The position numbers and the translations under genes were made by a program. A stretch of 32,000 bases of DNA from an uncultured delta proteobacterium (GTDB lineage Bacteria > Desulfobacterota > Syntrophorhabdia > Syntrophorhabdales > WCHB1-27). The notes under the pieces are model-generated. The model was given only the letters and a program-made list of their open reading frames with translations, was not told the origin of the DNA and made no database searches. The stretch lies in contig CAWIHO010000045.1 of the NCBI GenBank assembly GCA_963835605.1, positions 12,713 to 44,712 on the forward strand, written 5' to 3'. Below are positions 9,359-18,286 of this stretch, piece after piece. The stretch's first letter is position 1, and every line of letters starts with the position of its first letter.

Positions 9359-10321
9359 TTAGCTCCTTTCTTTCCCGAAAAACAGAATCCTTTCCAGACA
9401 TCTGAGCGCCAATCGTCTGGGCGAAACCTCTATCATTTTTCTTCGATACCATGCAGCCCCCCTCATGCTGTCCCTGAGCCGGGCCTCCTTTGACGCCATG
9501 AGGCCTGCCTCAATGAGATTGTGGGTAGTAAGCCTTTCCCCCTTCAAGAATTCTTCAGGACTTTTTACTCGCATCGGCGTTGGAGCGGCGACGCCTAACG
9601 CAATCCTCACTTCGCGACAATATATTTCACTTCGATCAAGGCAATCGAAAAGCTCGTCGAGGGGCGCATTTCTCGTGAATGCGTCCCTCAGTGCCGAGGC
9701 ATCTGCCACTTCCACCGCAAGCATCATAGCTACCCCGAGCATCGCAATTTCCATGGCCTGTCGACGGGCATGCTTCCAGTAGGCGCTCGCTGAATCAGAG
9801 GATAGAGACGGAATGATGAATTCAAGCAACATTTCGTTGTGCTGCAATATCGTCTTGCCGGGCCCGAGGTAAAACTCTCTTAGGGGGAGGTTTCTTTCAC
9901 CGCTCGATCCTTTTATACGAAGCTGAGTATCAAAAACAAGAAGCGGACACGCGGTATCAGCCGAAGGTAAGCCATTTGCGATATTTCCGCCCATCGTTGC
10001 CACATTCCTTATTTGCAGAGAACCAACGTGGTCGACGGCATCAGCAAGAGCCGAAAAACGTTCCCTTATCAGGCCCGACTCTCCAATCTGCCTATGTGTG
10101 GCCAACGCGCCGATCCTCACCCCGTTCTGATGAGGCTCTATGCAATCAAATCCCTTTATGCCCTTCAAGGAGATAAGAAGCTGAGGGGAGAGCTTCCTCT
10201 GCCTTATTCCCACCATTACATCGGTGCCCCCGGCAATGAGCATAGCCCGCCCCGGGTACTGCCGCAAAAGCTCCATCGCCTCCTCGATCGACGATGGTCT
10301 CAGGTAATCAAAATCCATCAT
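9359..10321 (-). CDS. Molybdenum hydroxylase FAD-binding medium subunit, CoxM/HcrB-like
   Basis: AGGTDVMVGIR and IRNVATMGGNIANGLPSAD FAD-binding motifs. Confidence 0.94.
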   Translation of the reverse strand: MMDFDYLRPSSIEEAMELLRQYPGRAMLIAGGTDVMVGIRQRKLSPQLLISLKGIKGFDCIEPHQNGVRIGALATHRQIGESGLIRERFSALADAVDHVGSLQIRNVATMGGNIANGLPSADTACPLLVFDTQLRIKGSSGERNLPLREFYLGPGKTILQHNEMLLEFIIPSLSSDSASAYWKHARRQAMEIAMLGVAMMLAVEVADASALRDAFTRNAPLDELFDCLDRSEIYCREVRIALGVAAPTPMRVKSPEEFLKGERLTTHNLIEAGLMASKEARLRDSMRGAAWYRRKMIEVSPRRLALRCLERILFFGKERS

Positions 10322-10338
10322 CTATATCCTCCCGCGCT

Positions 10339-12663
10339 TCAGGCGGACGACCCAGTCTTTCCTTCTTCCATTTCGATCAATTTCAGAAGGATTTTCTCCT
10401 GGGTAATGGGAAGATCTTTGAAGCGGATACCCGTCGCCTGGTAAAGGGCATTTGCAATGGCCGCCATTGGGGGAACGATCATGACTTCACCGATCCCTTT
10501 GGCGCCATAAGGTCCCTTGTGATTAGTCACCTCTGTTGCAACCGCAACGATCTCGTCAGGGAGATCTTTAACGGTCGGTATCTTATAATCGACGAAATTT
10601 CGGTTGAGCAACGTTCCCTTCTCGTCATAGATCATGCGTTCGGTAAAGGTCTGCCCGAGAGACATCACGATGGACGACATATTCTGTTGTTCCACATTTA
10701 TCGGGTTTATCACCTTTCCCGCGTCCACGACTCCGACATACTTGATAATCTTTGTACTGCCAGTTTCTCTATCCACTTCTACCTCGACGCCCCCGCTGGC
10801 GCTCATCCAGTAAAAGGAGGCGACACCCTGGGCTGTTCCAGGTTCAATGGTGCCTTTGGTTTGATAAATGCCGCGGCCGGTGAGACTGCCACGATTGACT
10901 CCCGTTCCTTTAACCGCCTGGGCCAGTGGTACAAACCTGTCCGGGATCTCTTTAACGTTAATGGACCCGTCTGAGAATTCCAGATCCACTGTTCCTGCGT
11001 CAAGCATTACCGATGCTGCATCCAAAAGTTGCTTCTTCAGGTCTTCTACGGCAAGAAGGATGGCATTGCCCATGTGGAACGTGGACCGGCTGGAATAGGT
11101 CCCAGTATCGAACGGGGCCACCGTGACGTCCGGGTCGAGCACCAGTACCTTTTCAAGGGGCAGCCCTAATTCTTCTGCAATGATTTGCTTGAATACCGTA
11201 CCAATCCCCTGACCCATCTCTACGGTATTACAGATCAGGTTTGCACTTCCGTCAGCATGCATTTTTATTAACGCGCTTGAAGTGGAGGGCGTGGCAGTGC
11301 CCTTCAAGCCGATTGATAATCCCTTGCCTCGAGATTTAATCTTGTTCGTACTCTCTCTTTTTCCGCCCTGCCACTCAATGCCTTCGGCCGCTTTATCCAA
11401 CAGTTGACCAAAGCCGATATCCTCTATGATCTCTCCCGTGTAAAACGTATCCATATTTTCTAAAACATTCTTTTTTCGAAGCACCAAGGGGTCAACCCCC
11501 AGCTTTTCGGCTATAATATCCATCTGTTGTTCATATGCCCATGCGACCTGCGGAATCCCGAACCCCCGCATCGCACCCGCGGGGACCTTATTTGTATAAA
11601 CGTTGTAAGCATCAATCTTCACATGTGGGATACGATACGGACCTCCGGCAGAAAAACCGCTATTCTTACTCACGACTGGGCCGATGTCAGCATATGCCCC
11701 CTTGTCGAAGTAAATCGCTATTTCACGGGCTACCAGCGTACCATCCTTTTTAACCCCTGTCTTGATTGTTACCCTACTCCCATGTCTCGAGATCGTAAAA
11801 AAATCTTCCTCACGACTGCAGCTTACCTTGACCGGCCGACCCGCTTTCCATGCCAGCGCCACGGCGATCGGCTCCAGTTTAGGTCCTATTTTTGCTCCGA
11901 AGCCTCCTCCAACGTAAGGAACGACCATTCTGATGCTGCTCAGAGGGACGTGAAAAATTTGGGACAATTGTGCCTGGACATTCGATGGATCCTGGTTGTT
12001 TGACCAGAGCTCGATCCGTGGGCCCTCGAGGACTTTCGCCAGACTGCAGTGGGGTTCAAGCGTGGCATGTTGAACGGGCTCCGTGGTAAACGTGTCTTCA
12101 AAGATAAAATCAGACTCTTTAAATCCTTGTTCAACATCCCCATGTCTTAACTTGAAGTGGGTACAAATGTTGGTGCCTTCTATGGGATTCAAAAGTGCTT
12201 TCAAGGGCGGGAGGGGTAAAATCTTGTCGTGAACCAAGGGGGCAGTAGTCGCCAGCGCCTGGTCAATAGTAAAAACGCCGGGTAATTCCTCGTACTCAAT
12301 GCTAATGAATGAAAGGGCCTTTTCCGCGGTAAAGATGTCGATGGCTGCTACAGCCGCTACCGGGTCACCTACATACCGCACCTTATCAATAGCCACGATC
12401 GATTGGTCGGTTATCACCATTCCATAATTGCTGAACCTCCCGTCAACATCGTTCCTGGTTAACACTGCCTTCACGCCAGGGATTTTCTCTGCCTGCGCGG
12501 TATCGATTCTTTTGATTCGGGCATGGGCATAGGGGCTCCGCAAAATCTTGCCATAAAGCATATCGGGTATTTTCAGATCCACGGCAAAGAGTGCTCTTCC
12601 CGTTACTTTTTCAAGAACATCTGAACGAGTTACACGTTTCCCGATATATTTAAAAGTACCCAT
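10339..12663 (-). CDS. Molybdenum hydroxylase large (Mo-cofactor) subunit, CoxL/HcrA-like
   Basis: YVGGGFGAKIGPKLEP, AGAMRGFGIPQVAWAYE, GPYGAKGIGE motifs. Track ORF begins at 12720, but MGTFKYIGKRVTRSD at 12663 is the more likely start. Confidence 0.93.
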   Translation of the reverse strand: MGTFKYIGKRVTRSDVLEKVTGRALFAVDLKIPDMLYGKILRSPYAHARIKRIDTAQAEKIPGVKAVLTRNDVDGRFSNYGMVITDQSIVAIDKVRYVGDPVAAVAAIDIFTAEKALSFISIEYEELPGVFTIDQALATTAPLVHDKILPLPPLKALLNPIEGTNICTHFKLRHGDVEQGFKESDFIFEDTFTTEPVQHATLEPHCSLAKVLEGPRIELWSNNQDPSNVQAQLSQIFHVPLSSIRMVVPYVGGGFGAKIGPKLEPIAVALAWKAGRPVKVSCSREEDFFTISRHGSRVTIKTGVKKDGTLVAREIAIYFDKGAYADIGPVVSKNSGFSAGGPYRIPHVKIDAYNVYTNKVPAGAMRGFGIPQVAWAYEQQMDIIAEKLGVDPLVLRKKNVLENMDTFYTGEIIEDIGFGQLLDKAAEGIEWQGGKRESTNKIKSRGKGLSIGLKGTATPSTSSALIKMHADGSANLICNTVEMGQGIGTVFKQIIAEELGLPLEKVLVLDPDVTVAPFDTGTYSSRSTFHMGNAILLAVEDLKKQLLDAASVMLDAGTVDLEFSDGSINVKEIPDRFVPLAQAVKGTGVNRGSLTGRGIYQTKGTIEPGTAQGVASFYWMSASGGVEVEVDRETGSTKIIKYVGVVDAGKVINPINVEQQNMSSIVMSLGQTFTERMIYDEKGTLLNRNFVDYKIPTVKDLPDEIVAVATEVTNHKGPYGAKGIGEVMIVPPMAAIANALYQATGIRFKDLPITQEKILLKLIEMEEGKTGSSA

Positions 12664-12791
12664 AGACCAATTCCTCCGGACAAATTCTCGCCGCAGCCAT
12701 AAGCTGCCCTTGTTGCTCAAGAAAGTGCCAGCAAATAAATGCTATTGATTCAACGCATTGTCAAGAAGTTTTTTGCTTGACAGGGGCCCTC

Positions 12792-14438
12792 TAACGGCCT
12801 GTTGCCCAAATCGCTGAGATAAGTTTCTTCTGGGAAAGACGGCGAGAAAAAAATTGTTCATAATTGTATACAATTTACTTGCATTTATATGGGACGTATG
12901 CTATGCTTCGAAAACGCTCAGAGCAAGGAGATACGGCCTATGATGGGTCATCAGTCCCCGCCTCAGGATCCTCTCTTTTCTGTCAATGTTCAGCTTGAAA
13001 CAAGGGTGCGCACTGACCACCCTCTCCGAAGCGTGAAGGAGCTGATTGATTTCGATTTTGTCTATAACGAGGTAGCCGCTACGTATGGGGAAAACGGCAA
13101 CGTCTCTGTTCCTCCTCCCGTCATCCTGAAGCTCATGCTCCTGCTCATCCTGTACAATGTCCGTTCTGAACGGGAACTGATGGAAACGCTTCCCGAACGG
13201 CTCGATTGGCTCTGGTTCCTGGGCTACACCCTTGATACCGAGATTCCCGATCACAGCGTTCTCTCCAAGGCGCGCACGCGCTGGGGAAAGGAAGCCTTCA
13301 AACACTTCTTTGAACGGATCGTCCTCGCGTGTGTCAAGGCCGGGTTGGTTGACGGAATGAAGATCTTCGTAGATAGCAGCTTCATCGATGCCGATGCGTC
13401 AAACGGCGCTGTTATCGATACCCACGCACTCAGCCGCTACCTCAACGAACGATACCAGGGGTTGGAGAAGCGACTGGAGGAGAAGGAAGTCGCGGAGCCT
13501 CGCACCGACCACGTGGTCAATCGACGCTATCTCTCCACCACCGATCCCGACGCATCCATCGTGCGGCAGGGAAAAGGCGGCGCAAAACTGCAGTATAAGA
13601 CCCACCGGGCCGTTGATGCAGGCTGCGAGATCATTACCGCGGTGGAGGTAACACCCGGTGCCATCAACGAAGGGCACAAGATGGCCTCTCTTATCGACGG
13701 GCACGAGGCAACGACGGACACAAAGATAGCAACAGTCGTTGCCGACAGCCAGTACGGTACCAAAGAGAATTTCCTGCTCTGCCACGATAAAGGGATAGCT
13801 GCCCACATGCCCGTGGTAAAGTACCTCAACGAAGCGTCACGGAAGGGAATATTCTCGGAGGACCAATTTGTCTACGACAGGAAGACCGATACCTTCATAT
13901 GCCCTGCCGGGCAGCCCTTGAAAGGAAGAACGCTCCATGGGCAGAACCGTGAGTACCTTGCCTCACGGAGCGCCTGTCGTTCCTGCCCGCTCAAGCCACA
14001 GTGTACCAGGGCCAGGGTAAGAACCTTACAGCGCCATAGCCGCCAGGAAGCGCTTGACCATATGTTCCTTGAGGCACGAACCCCACAGGCGAAACGCGAC
14101 ATCGCCACCCGCCAATACCTCATGGAACGCTCGTTTGCAAGAAGTACGCGCTATGGATTTGATCGAGCGCGGTGGCGAGGTCTCTGGAGAGTGGCCATCC
14201 AGGAATACTTAGTCTGTGCACTCCAGAACATCATGACGCTCGTGAGGTTCGTACAAAGGCCCACGAGGGGGATACGCACGCTCCCGATCCGAGCAAAGCG
14301 TGTGCTGTACGCGATGACCAGCGGCGTCCTGCGTATCCGATTAATTGTTCCTTTACGACGTGCCCCACAGCGGTGTTCTTCCGTTCGAGATGACGACGAG
14401 CACCACGTGGCTATCCTGGTTTGGGCAACAGGCCGCTA
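12792..14438 (+). mobile_element. IS1182-like insertion sequence (boundaries tentative)
   Basis: Inverted repeat TAACGGCCTGTTGCCCAAA (12792..12810) against the reverse complement of 14420..14438 (TAGCGGCCTGTTGCCCAAA), 18/19 match, flanking a transposase ORF. No clear target duplication seen. Confidence 0.7.
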
Positions 14439-14439
14439 A
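12889..14439 (+). CDS. IS1182-family DDE transposase
   Basis: 516 aa; PPPVILKLMLLLILYNVRSERELMETLPERLDWLWFLGY, PDHSVLSKARTRWG, VVADSQYGTKENF, ICPAGQPL...CRSCPLKPQCT. Stop codon lies within the right inverted repeat. Confidence 0.92.
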   Translation: MGRMLCFENAQSKEIRPMMGHQSPPQDPLFSVNVQLETRVRTDHPLRSVKELIDFDFVYNEVAATYGENGNVSVPPPVILKLMLLLILYNVRSERELMETLPERLDWLWFLGYTLDTEIPDHSVLSKARTRWGKEAFKHFFERIVLACVKAGLVDGMKIFVDSSFIDADASNGAVIDTHALSRYLNERYQGLEKRLEEKEVAEPRTDHVVNRRYLSTTDPDASIVRQGKGGAKLQYKTHRAVDAGCEIITAVEVTPGAINEGHKMASLIDGHEATTDTKIATVVADSQYGTKENFLLCHDKGIAAHMPVVKYLNEASRKGIFSEDQFVYDRKTDTFICPAGQPLKGRTLHGQNREYLASRSACRSCPLKPQCTRARVRTLQRHSRQEALDHMFLEARTPQAKRDIATRQYLMERSFARSTRYGFDRARWRGLWRVAIQEYLVCALQNIMTLVRFVQRPTRGIRTLPIRAKRVLYAMTSGVLRIRLIVPLRRAPQRCSSVRDDDEHHVAILVWATGR

Positions 14440-14529
14440 TGGGTACTAATCCTTGACCTTGGCTTCTCTTGCAGAGTGAAGATTGCCATGCGAAAGTAAG
14501 ACGATGTACCTCTCTAAACACAATTTTTC

Positions 14530-14557
14530 TTGACATGTGGTGTAACCGTGCTACGAT
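14530..14557 (+). promoter_or_regulatory. Putative sigma70 promoter for the riboswitch leader
   Basis: TTGACA (14530..14535), 16-nt spacer, TACGAT (14552..14557), placed just upstream of the aptamer. Confidence 0.6.
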
Positions 14558-14561
14558 TGGA

Positions 14562-14662
14562 TTAATCTGCTAAAACCAAACCATCCGTGAGGATGGGACG
14601 GAAAGCCAGCGGGTCTCAGAGAGGCATCTTGGTAACGCAGCAGTCAGACAGCCGGGCCGCCA
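14562..14662 (+). ncRNA. GEMM-class riboswitch aptamer (cyclic-di-GMP-I or cGAMP type)
   Basis: AAACCATCCGTGAGGATGGGACGGAAAGCC...GGTAACGCAGC...AGCCGGGCCGCC resembles the GEMM core AAACC-hairpin-GG-GACGCAAAGCC...AGCCGGGUNGCC, with one C-to-G change in the conserved strand. Confidence 0.72.
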
Positions 14663-14688
14663 GATAAAGGCGGCTCTTCTTTTTTTTG
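14656..14688 (+). terminator. Intrinsic terminator in leader (likely riboswitch expression platform)
   Basis: Perfect 6-bp stem GCCGCC / GGCGGC (14656..14661, 14669..14674), 7-nt loop, followed by TCTTCTTTTTTTT. Confidence 0.8.
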
Positions 14689-14715
14689 GAGGTTGAGTCA
14701 GCAGGGAGGTCAACC

Positions 14716-15600
14716 ATGTTCAAGCCTAAAGGTCTGCTCTTCGTCGTAGCTCTTCTGTGCGTTCTTTTCGTTACCCCGTTCCACCAAGCGAGTGCCCAGG
14801 AATCGAAGGCGCCCTTGGGCCAGGTCCAGGCCCAGCCGTCCGATGAGGTCGTCTGGCAGCGGTTTCTGGCATGGATGCCGAGCGCTACGGCGGCGGGTGG
14901 CGCACTGCCCGTGATAAACGAATACCTTGCTCAACTGACCTCCGCCGGCACTCCGGCCGCAGAAATCGACCGCCAGAGAAGCGTGATCTCCCGCATGATG
15001 AAGGAAAGGCCGGAGGGCCAGCGTATCCTTTACAACAAGACGTACACAAGCAGCAGCCCTCAGTTCACGACGCAGCCGAATGCGCTCCTGGTCTCGACGG
15101 TCGAAGGCCGCAAACCGGGGCGTGCCCTGGACGTCGGCATGGGCCAGGGCCGGAACGCGCTGTTTCTTGCCATGAAAGGCTGGGACGTCACCGGGTTCGA
15201 CATTTCTGATGAGGGTATAGCGGTGGCCCGCAAGAACGCCGAACGTGCCGGGGTGAAGGTCAACGCGGTCCAACAGACCGTCGAGGCCTTCGACTATGGC
15301 ATCGACCAGTGGGACCTGATCGTCTTCGTGTACGAGCCATTTCCGGTGACCTCGGCGGCGTATGTCGAGCGCCTGCGCAAGTCGCTAAAGACAGGCGGGC
15401 TTTTCGTGTTTGAAACCCATGCTGCGGAGCCCGGCAAGCCCCGTCCCACAATTGCCGTCGATGACCCTCTTCAGGTATTGGCCGCCTTCAAGGATTTTCG
15501 GCTCCTTTACTTCCAGGATACCGTCACAAGGCCCGACTGGCCGGCACGAGAGGGTGAGGAGAGCCGTATCGTCCGTATGGTCGTCGAGAAGCGGCCGTAA
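14716..15600 (+). CDS. Exported class I SAM-dependent methyltransferase
   Basis: Signal peptide MFKPKGLLFVVALLCVLFVTPFHQASAQ; SAM motif ALDVGMGQGRNALFLA; GGGAGGT upstream of ATG at 14716. The track start at 14686 lies in the terminator T-run. Confidence 0.87.
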   Translation: MFKPKGLLFVVALLCVLFVTPFHQASAQESKAPLGQVQAQPSDEVVWQRFLAWMPSATAAGGALPVINEYLAQLTSAGTPAAEIDRQRSVISRMMKERPEGQRILYNKTYTSSSPQFTTQPNALLVSTVEGRKPGRALDVGMGQGRNALFLAMKGWDVTGFDISDEGIAVARKNAERAGVKVNAVQQTVEAFDYGIDQWDLIVFVYEPFPVTSAAYVERLRKSLKTGGLFVFETHAAEPGKPRPTIAVDDPLQVLAAFKDFRLLYFQDTVTRPDWPAREGEESRIVRMVVEKRP

Positions 15601-15713
15601 TTCGCGATTACCTAGTGAAAGCTGGTACCAGAGCAAGACATAGTAAGGTAACGCTTGCAGGAAGATCTCTTGCTTGAAGGTCTATGGAGAACATCTCAGC
15701 TGATTTGATACTT

Positions 15714-16379
15714 TCACCGTACCTTTACCGCTTTAACATAATCCACAGGTGGATTGGCTACCCTGGATGTATCCTTCATCCTTTCAACTAGGACGACCTT
15801 GAAGCCTGTACTCTCCAACTTGTCACGGAGCACAGGCTGACTGAGCAACTTCGGTATAGGCATTATTGTGTGACTTATCCTGAAGCCAGAGTAATAAGCC
15901 CGAATCACGAAAATCAGAAAATACGCCAGGTTCAATCCGGTGGTCAAATTCGCGATGATCAGGGTACCCCCTGGCTTCAGGATTCGCTTCATCTCAGACA
16001 GGGTTTTATCAGGATTCTCCACGTGATGAAGGACCAAGCTCATAATGGCAGTATCGAACTCCCTATCCAGAAAGGTGGTGCTCTGACAGTCGGCCACCTG
16101 AAACTGAACATTCGTGAAGCCCGTTACGTTCTCCTTCGCCAGCCGTACCATGTCGTCAGATAAATCCGTCGCAATCAGACTATCCGCTTTCCCTGCAAGG
16201 ACCTTTGTCATAAAGCCTGTTCCACAGCCGAACTCTGCTACCTTACCCAGACGCCCTTCCGCACTAAGCTTTTCTCTTATCAGCGAGAGCGTGTTCTTCC
16301 CCAACATCGCATCTGCCAGAGCCTCATATTGTGGCGATACCTGCGACCAATATGCATATCCCCCTTGTGTAACAGTCAT
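15714..16379 (-). CDS. Class I SAM-dependent methyltransferase
   Basis: VAEFGCGTGFMTKVLAG, FDTAIMSLVLHHVENPDKTLSEMKRILKPGGTLIIAN. Confidence 0.88.
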   Translation of the reverse strand: MTVTQGGYAYWSQVSPQYEALADAMLGKNTLSLIREKLSAEGRLGKVAEFGCGTGFMTKVLAGKADSLIATDLSDDMVRLAKENVTGFTNVQFQVADCQSTTFLDREFDTAIMSLVLHHVENPDKTLSEMKRILKPGGTLIIANLTTGLNLAYFLIFVIRAYYSGFRISHTIMPIPKLLSQPVLRDKLESTGFKVVLVERMKDTSRVANPPVDYVKAVKVR

Positions 16380-16454
16380 ATTCTATCCACCCCCCACTGA
16401 TTTGATGGGCGCCTCGCGCCGGTTTCACGCACGGTTCCGGAGCTGCATCCATTT

Positions 16455-17280
16455 CTACCGCTGCGCCACCGCATAGACTATTGCAACGGATAGATGCAGG
16501 CCATCCTGGCGGACCAGGGGACGCAGCTTGGCAAGGTATTCCTCCTTGAACCGCGCGCGTATCCTCATCCATACGCAGGATCGACGGTCGCGGGCCAATG
16601 GTCAGCTGGAACGCCCACCAATCGTCAAGGCTCGCATAGGCGATGTCGTTCGGCTCACTCCGTAGCTCGATGGAGCGAAAACCGGATCGACTCAGCAGGG
16701 CCTCCACTTCCTCCGACGCGTAGCCTAAGGGTCGCGGCATGCGGACCCAACCTCCATACGCCTCAAACTGTTGGATCAGGAGCGGCCAGCCCGGATTGAA
16801 GGGTGGGGGTGTGTTGCCGAACATGGATATGCCGATAGAGCCGCCAGGCTTGGAGACCCGGTACATCTCCCGCAGCGCAGCCTCCATATCCGGACAAAGA
16901 AAGAGCGAAAGAGCGCAGGTAACGGCATCGAAGGTCTGGTCCGGGAAATCGAGATGCTCGGCATCCATCTTGCGGAAGGTGACGTTGGTCAGGCCCTCTG
17001 CGGCAGCGGCGCGTTCGGCTTCCCGGAGTATCCCTCCGGACAGGTCAATGCCGGTTACCTGTCCCCCTGATCCCACCTGCCGCGCGGCAGCAAGGAGCAC
17101 TGCGCCCGTGCCTGTGGCAACATCGAGCACGCGCGCGCCTTGCTTAAGCGGCATTCGTTCAACCAGGCGCCTGCCGAACTGCGTAAAGACGCTTGGACCG
17201 GTGCGGTTATACGACCTGGCCGCATCGTCGAAGAGTTGCTCAATCACCTGTTTCGTGGCAACCGTTGGCATTGTCTCCAT
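16455..17280 (-). pseudogene. UbiE/MenG-like SAM methyltransferase with C-terminal frameshift (or sequence error)
   Basis: ARVLDVATGTGAVLLAAARQVG... is well formed to ILRMDEDT. The track frame then reads through to 16324, but the shifted frame gives RARFKEEYLAKLRPLVRQDGLHLSVAIVYAVAQR-stop ending at 16455. Confidence 0.78.
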
Positions 17281-17391
17281 ACGTCACCTCCTTCTGGGTT
17301 TGTTGAGGGCTATCGCAGCAACGGCACCAAAGATGACCCCATGAGGTCACACTCCTTGCGGTGATGCCCTTTCATCGTCGGACACCTCGCC

Positions 17392-17565
17392 TTAACCGGT
17401 TCGCTGCCTCTCGGCTTTTGCTCTCTTCCTGTTTTGAGCACGGGCTTGTTTGCTCGCTTGCCGGCAATACTCGCACCTCAGGTCTTGGTCGAGGAGATCT
17501 CTGAACGTACTTTTGCCGCAGGAAACGCACGGTGCGAAGTAAACGATGTTGGACGACTCTTCCAT
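17392..17565 (-). CDS. Small zinc-ribbon-like protein (57 aa), hypothetical
   Basis: MEESSNIVYFAPCVSCGKSTFRDLLDQDLRCEYCRQASKQARAQNRKRAKAERQRTG; two CxxC pairs and a basic tail. Too short for the supplied ORF track. Confidence 0.5.
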   Translation of the reverse strand: MEESSNIVYFAPCVSCGKSTFRDLLDQDLRCEYCRQASKQARAQNRKRAKAERQRTG

Positions 17566-17821
17566 GAGAATAACCGTCCCCTGATATAAAGAACGAGAAA
17601 CGGTCAGTGCTGCGGGGATGCTTTCATGGTAGCAGGAGTCTGTCTCGTTGTCAATTCGAAAAAAGAGAGAGCTGCGTGGACCACGATAACGCCACGGATG
17701 GAGGTATCAAGATGCGCAGCCAAGTGTGACACCACGGTTACAACCTCACGATTACCGGTTCAAAGCTTCAATCTATCAGCGCGCTCATCGTGTGAATGTT
17801 GCAGGAAGGAACAAATAGAGC

Positions 17822-18031
17822 TCAACTGATCCCGAACCATTCACGCAACCTCTTCTGTATGTGCCCGAAGGTTTCCTCGAGCAGGAAGATATCATTGTGC
17901 AATGCCCGGTGTATCTCCACAACAGGAGCGCCGGTTGCTGCAAGCTCTTTGCACGTAGCCACAATCTCGGGAACGTCTCGGGATCCAAACAGTAGTAGTG
18001 ACCGTGAGCTATCGCGGACACGTGCAAACAT
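17822..18031 (-). CDS. Hypothetical small protein (69 aa)
   Basis: MFARVRDSSRSLLLFGSRDVPEIVATCKELAATGAPVVEIHRALHNDIFLLEETFGHIQKRLREWFGIS has protein-like composition. No family recognised. Confidence 0.35.
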   Translation of the reverse strand: MFARVRDSSRSLLLFGSRDVPEIVATCKELAATGAPVVEIHRALHNDIFLLEETFGHIQKRLREWFGIS

Positions 18032-18286
18032 TCGTTTTCAGGCACACTGAGCTGGGTCGAAGATTACGCTTTGAAACGATGTAACAATACGGACCAGCGG
18101 CATTGGCCGTGCCGCCTTCGCCTGGGTGTCTCTGATAGGCACCCTCGTTTATGCAGGTCGTGCAGCGAGGAATCCGCCAGAGCTGCGGGTTCCTCGAATT
18201 AACGTACTTTTCATGTGACTTTAATTTTCCCTTAACACTCTGCGGCCAAACTATCCCCAACACATGCGACCTTACGAGGTGGACTC

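Noticed and set aside
12759-14535. Outer inverted match TGTCAAGAA / TTCTTGACA as the IS1182 ends
   Set aside because: Only 9 bp. The right copy is better explained as part of the TTGACA -35 box for the riboswitch leader, and the inner 18/19 repeat is stronger.
16324-16454. C-terminal extension of the 318-aa methyltransferase ORF
   Set aside because: Out-of-frame read-through after a CG-run frameshift. It overlaps the start of the next gene and is not methyltransferase-like.
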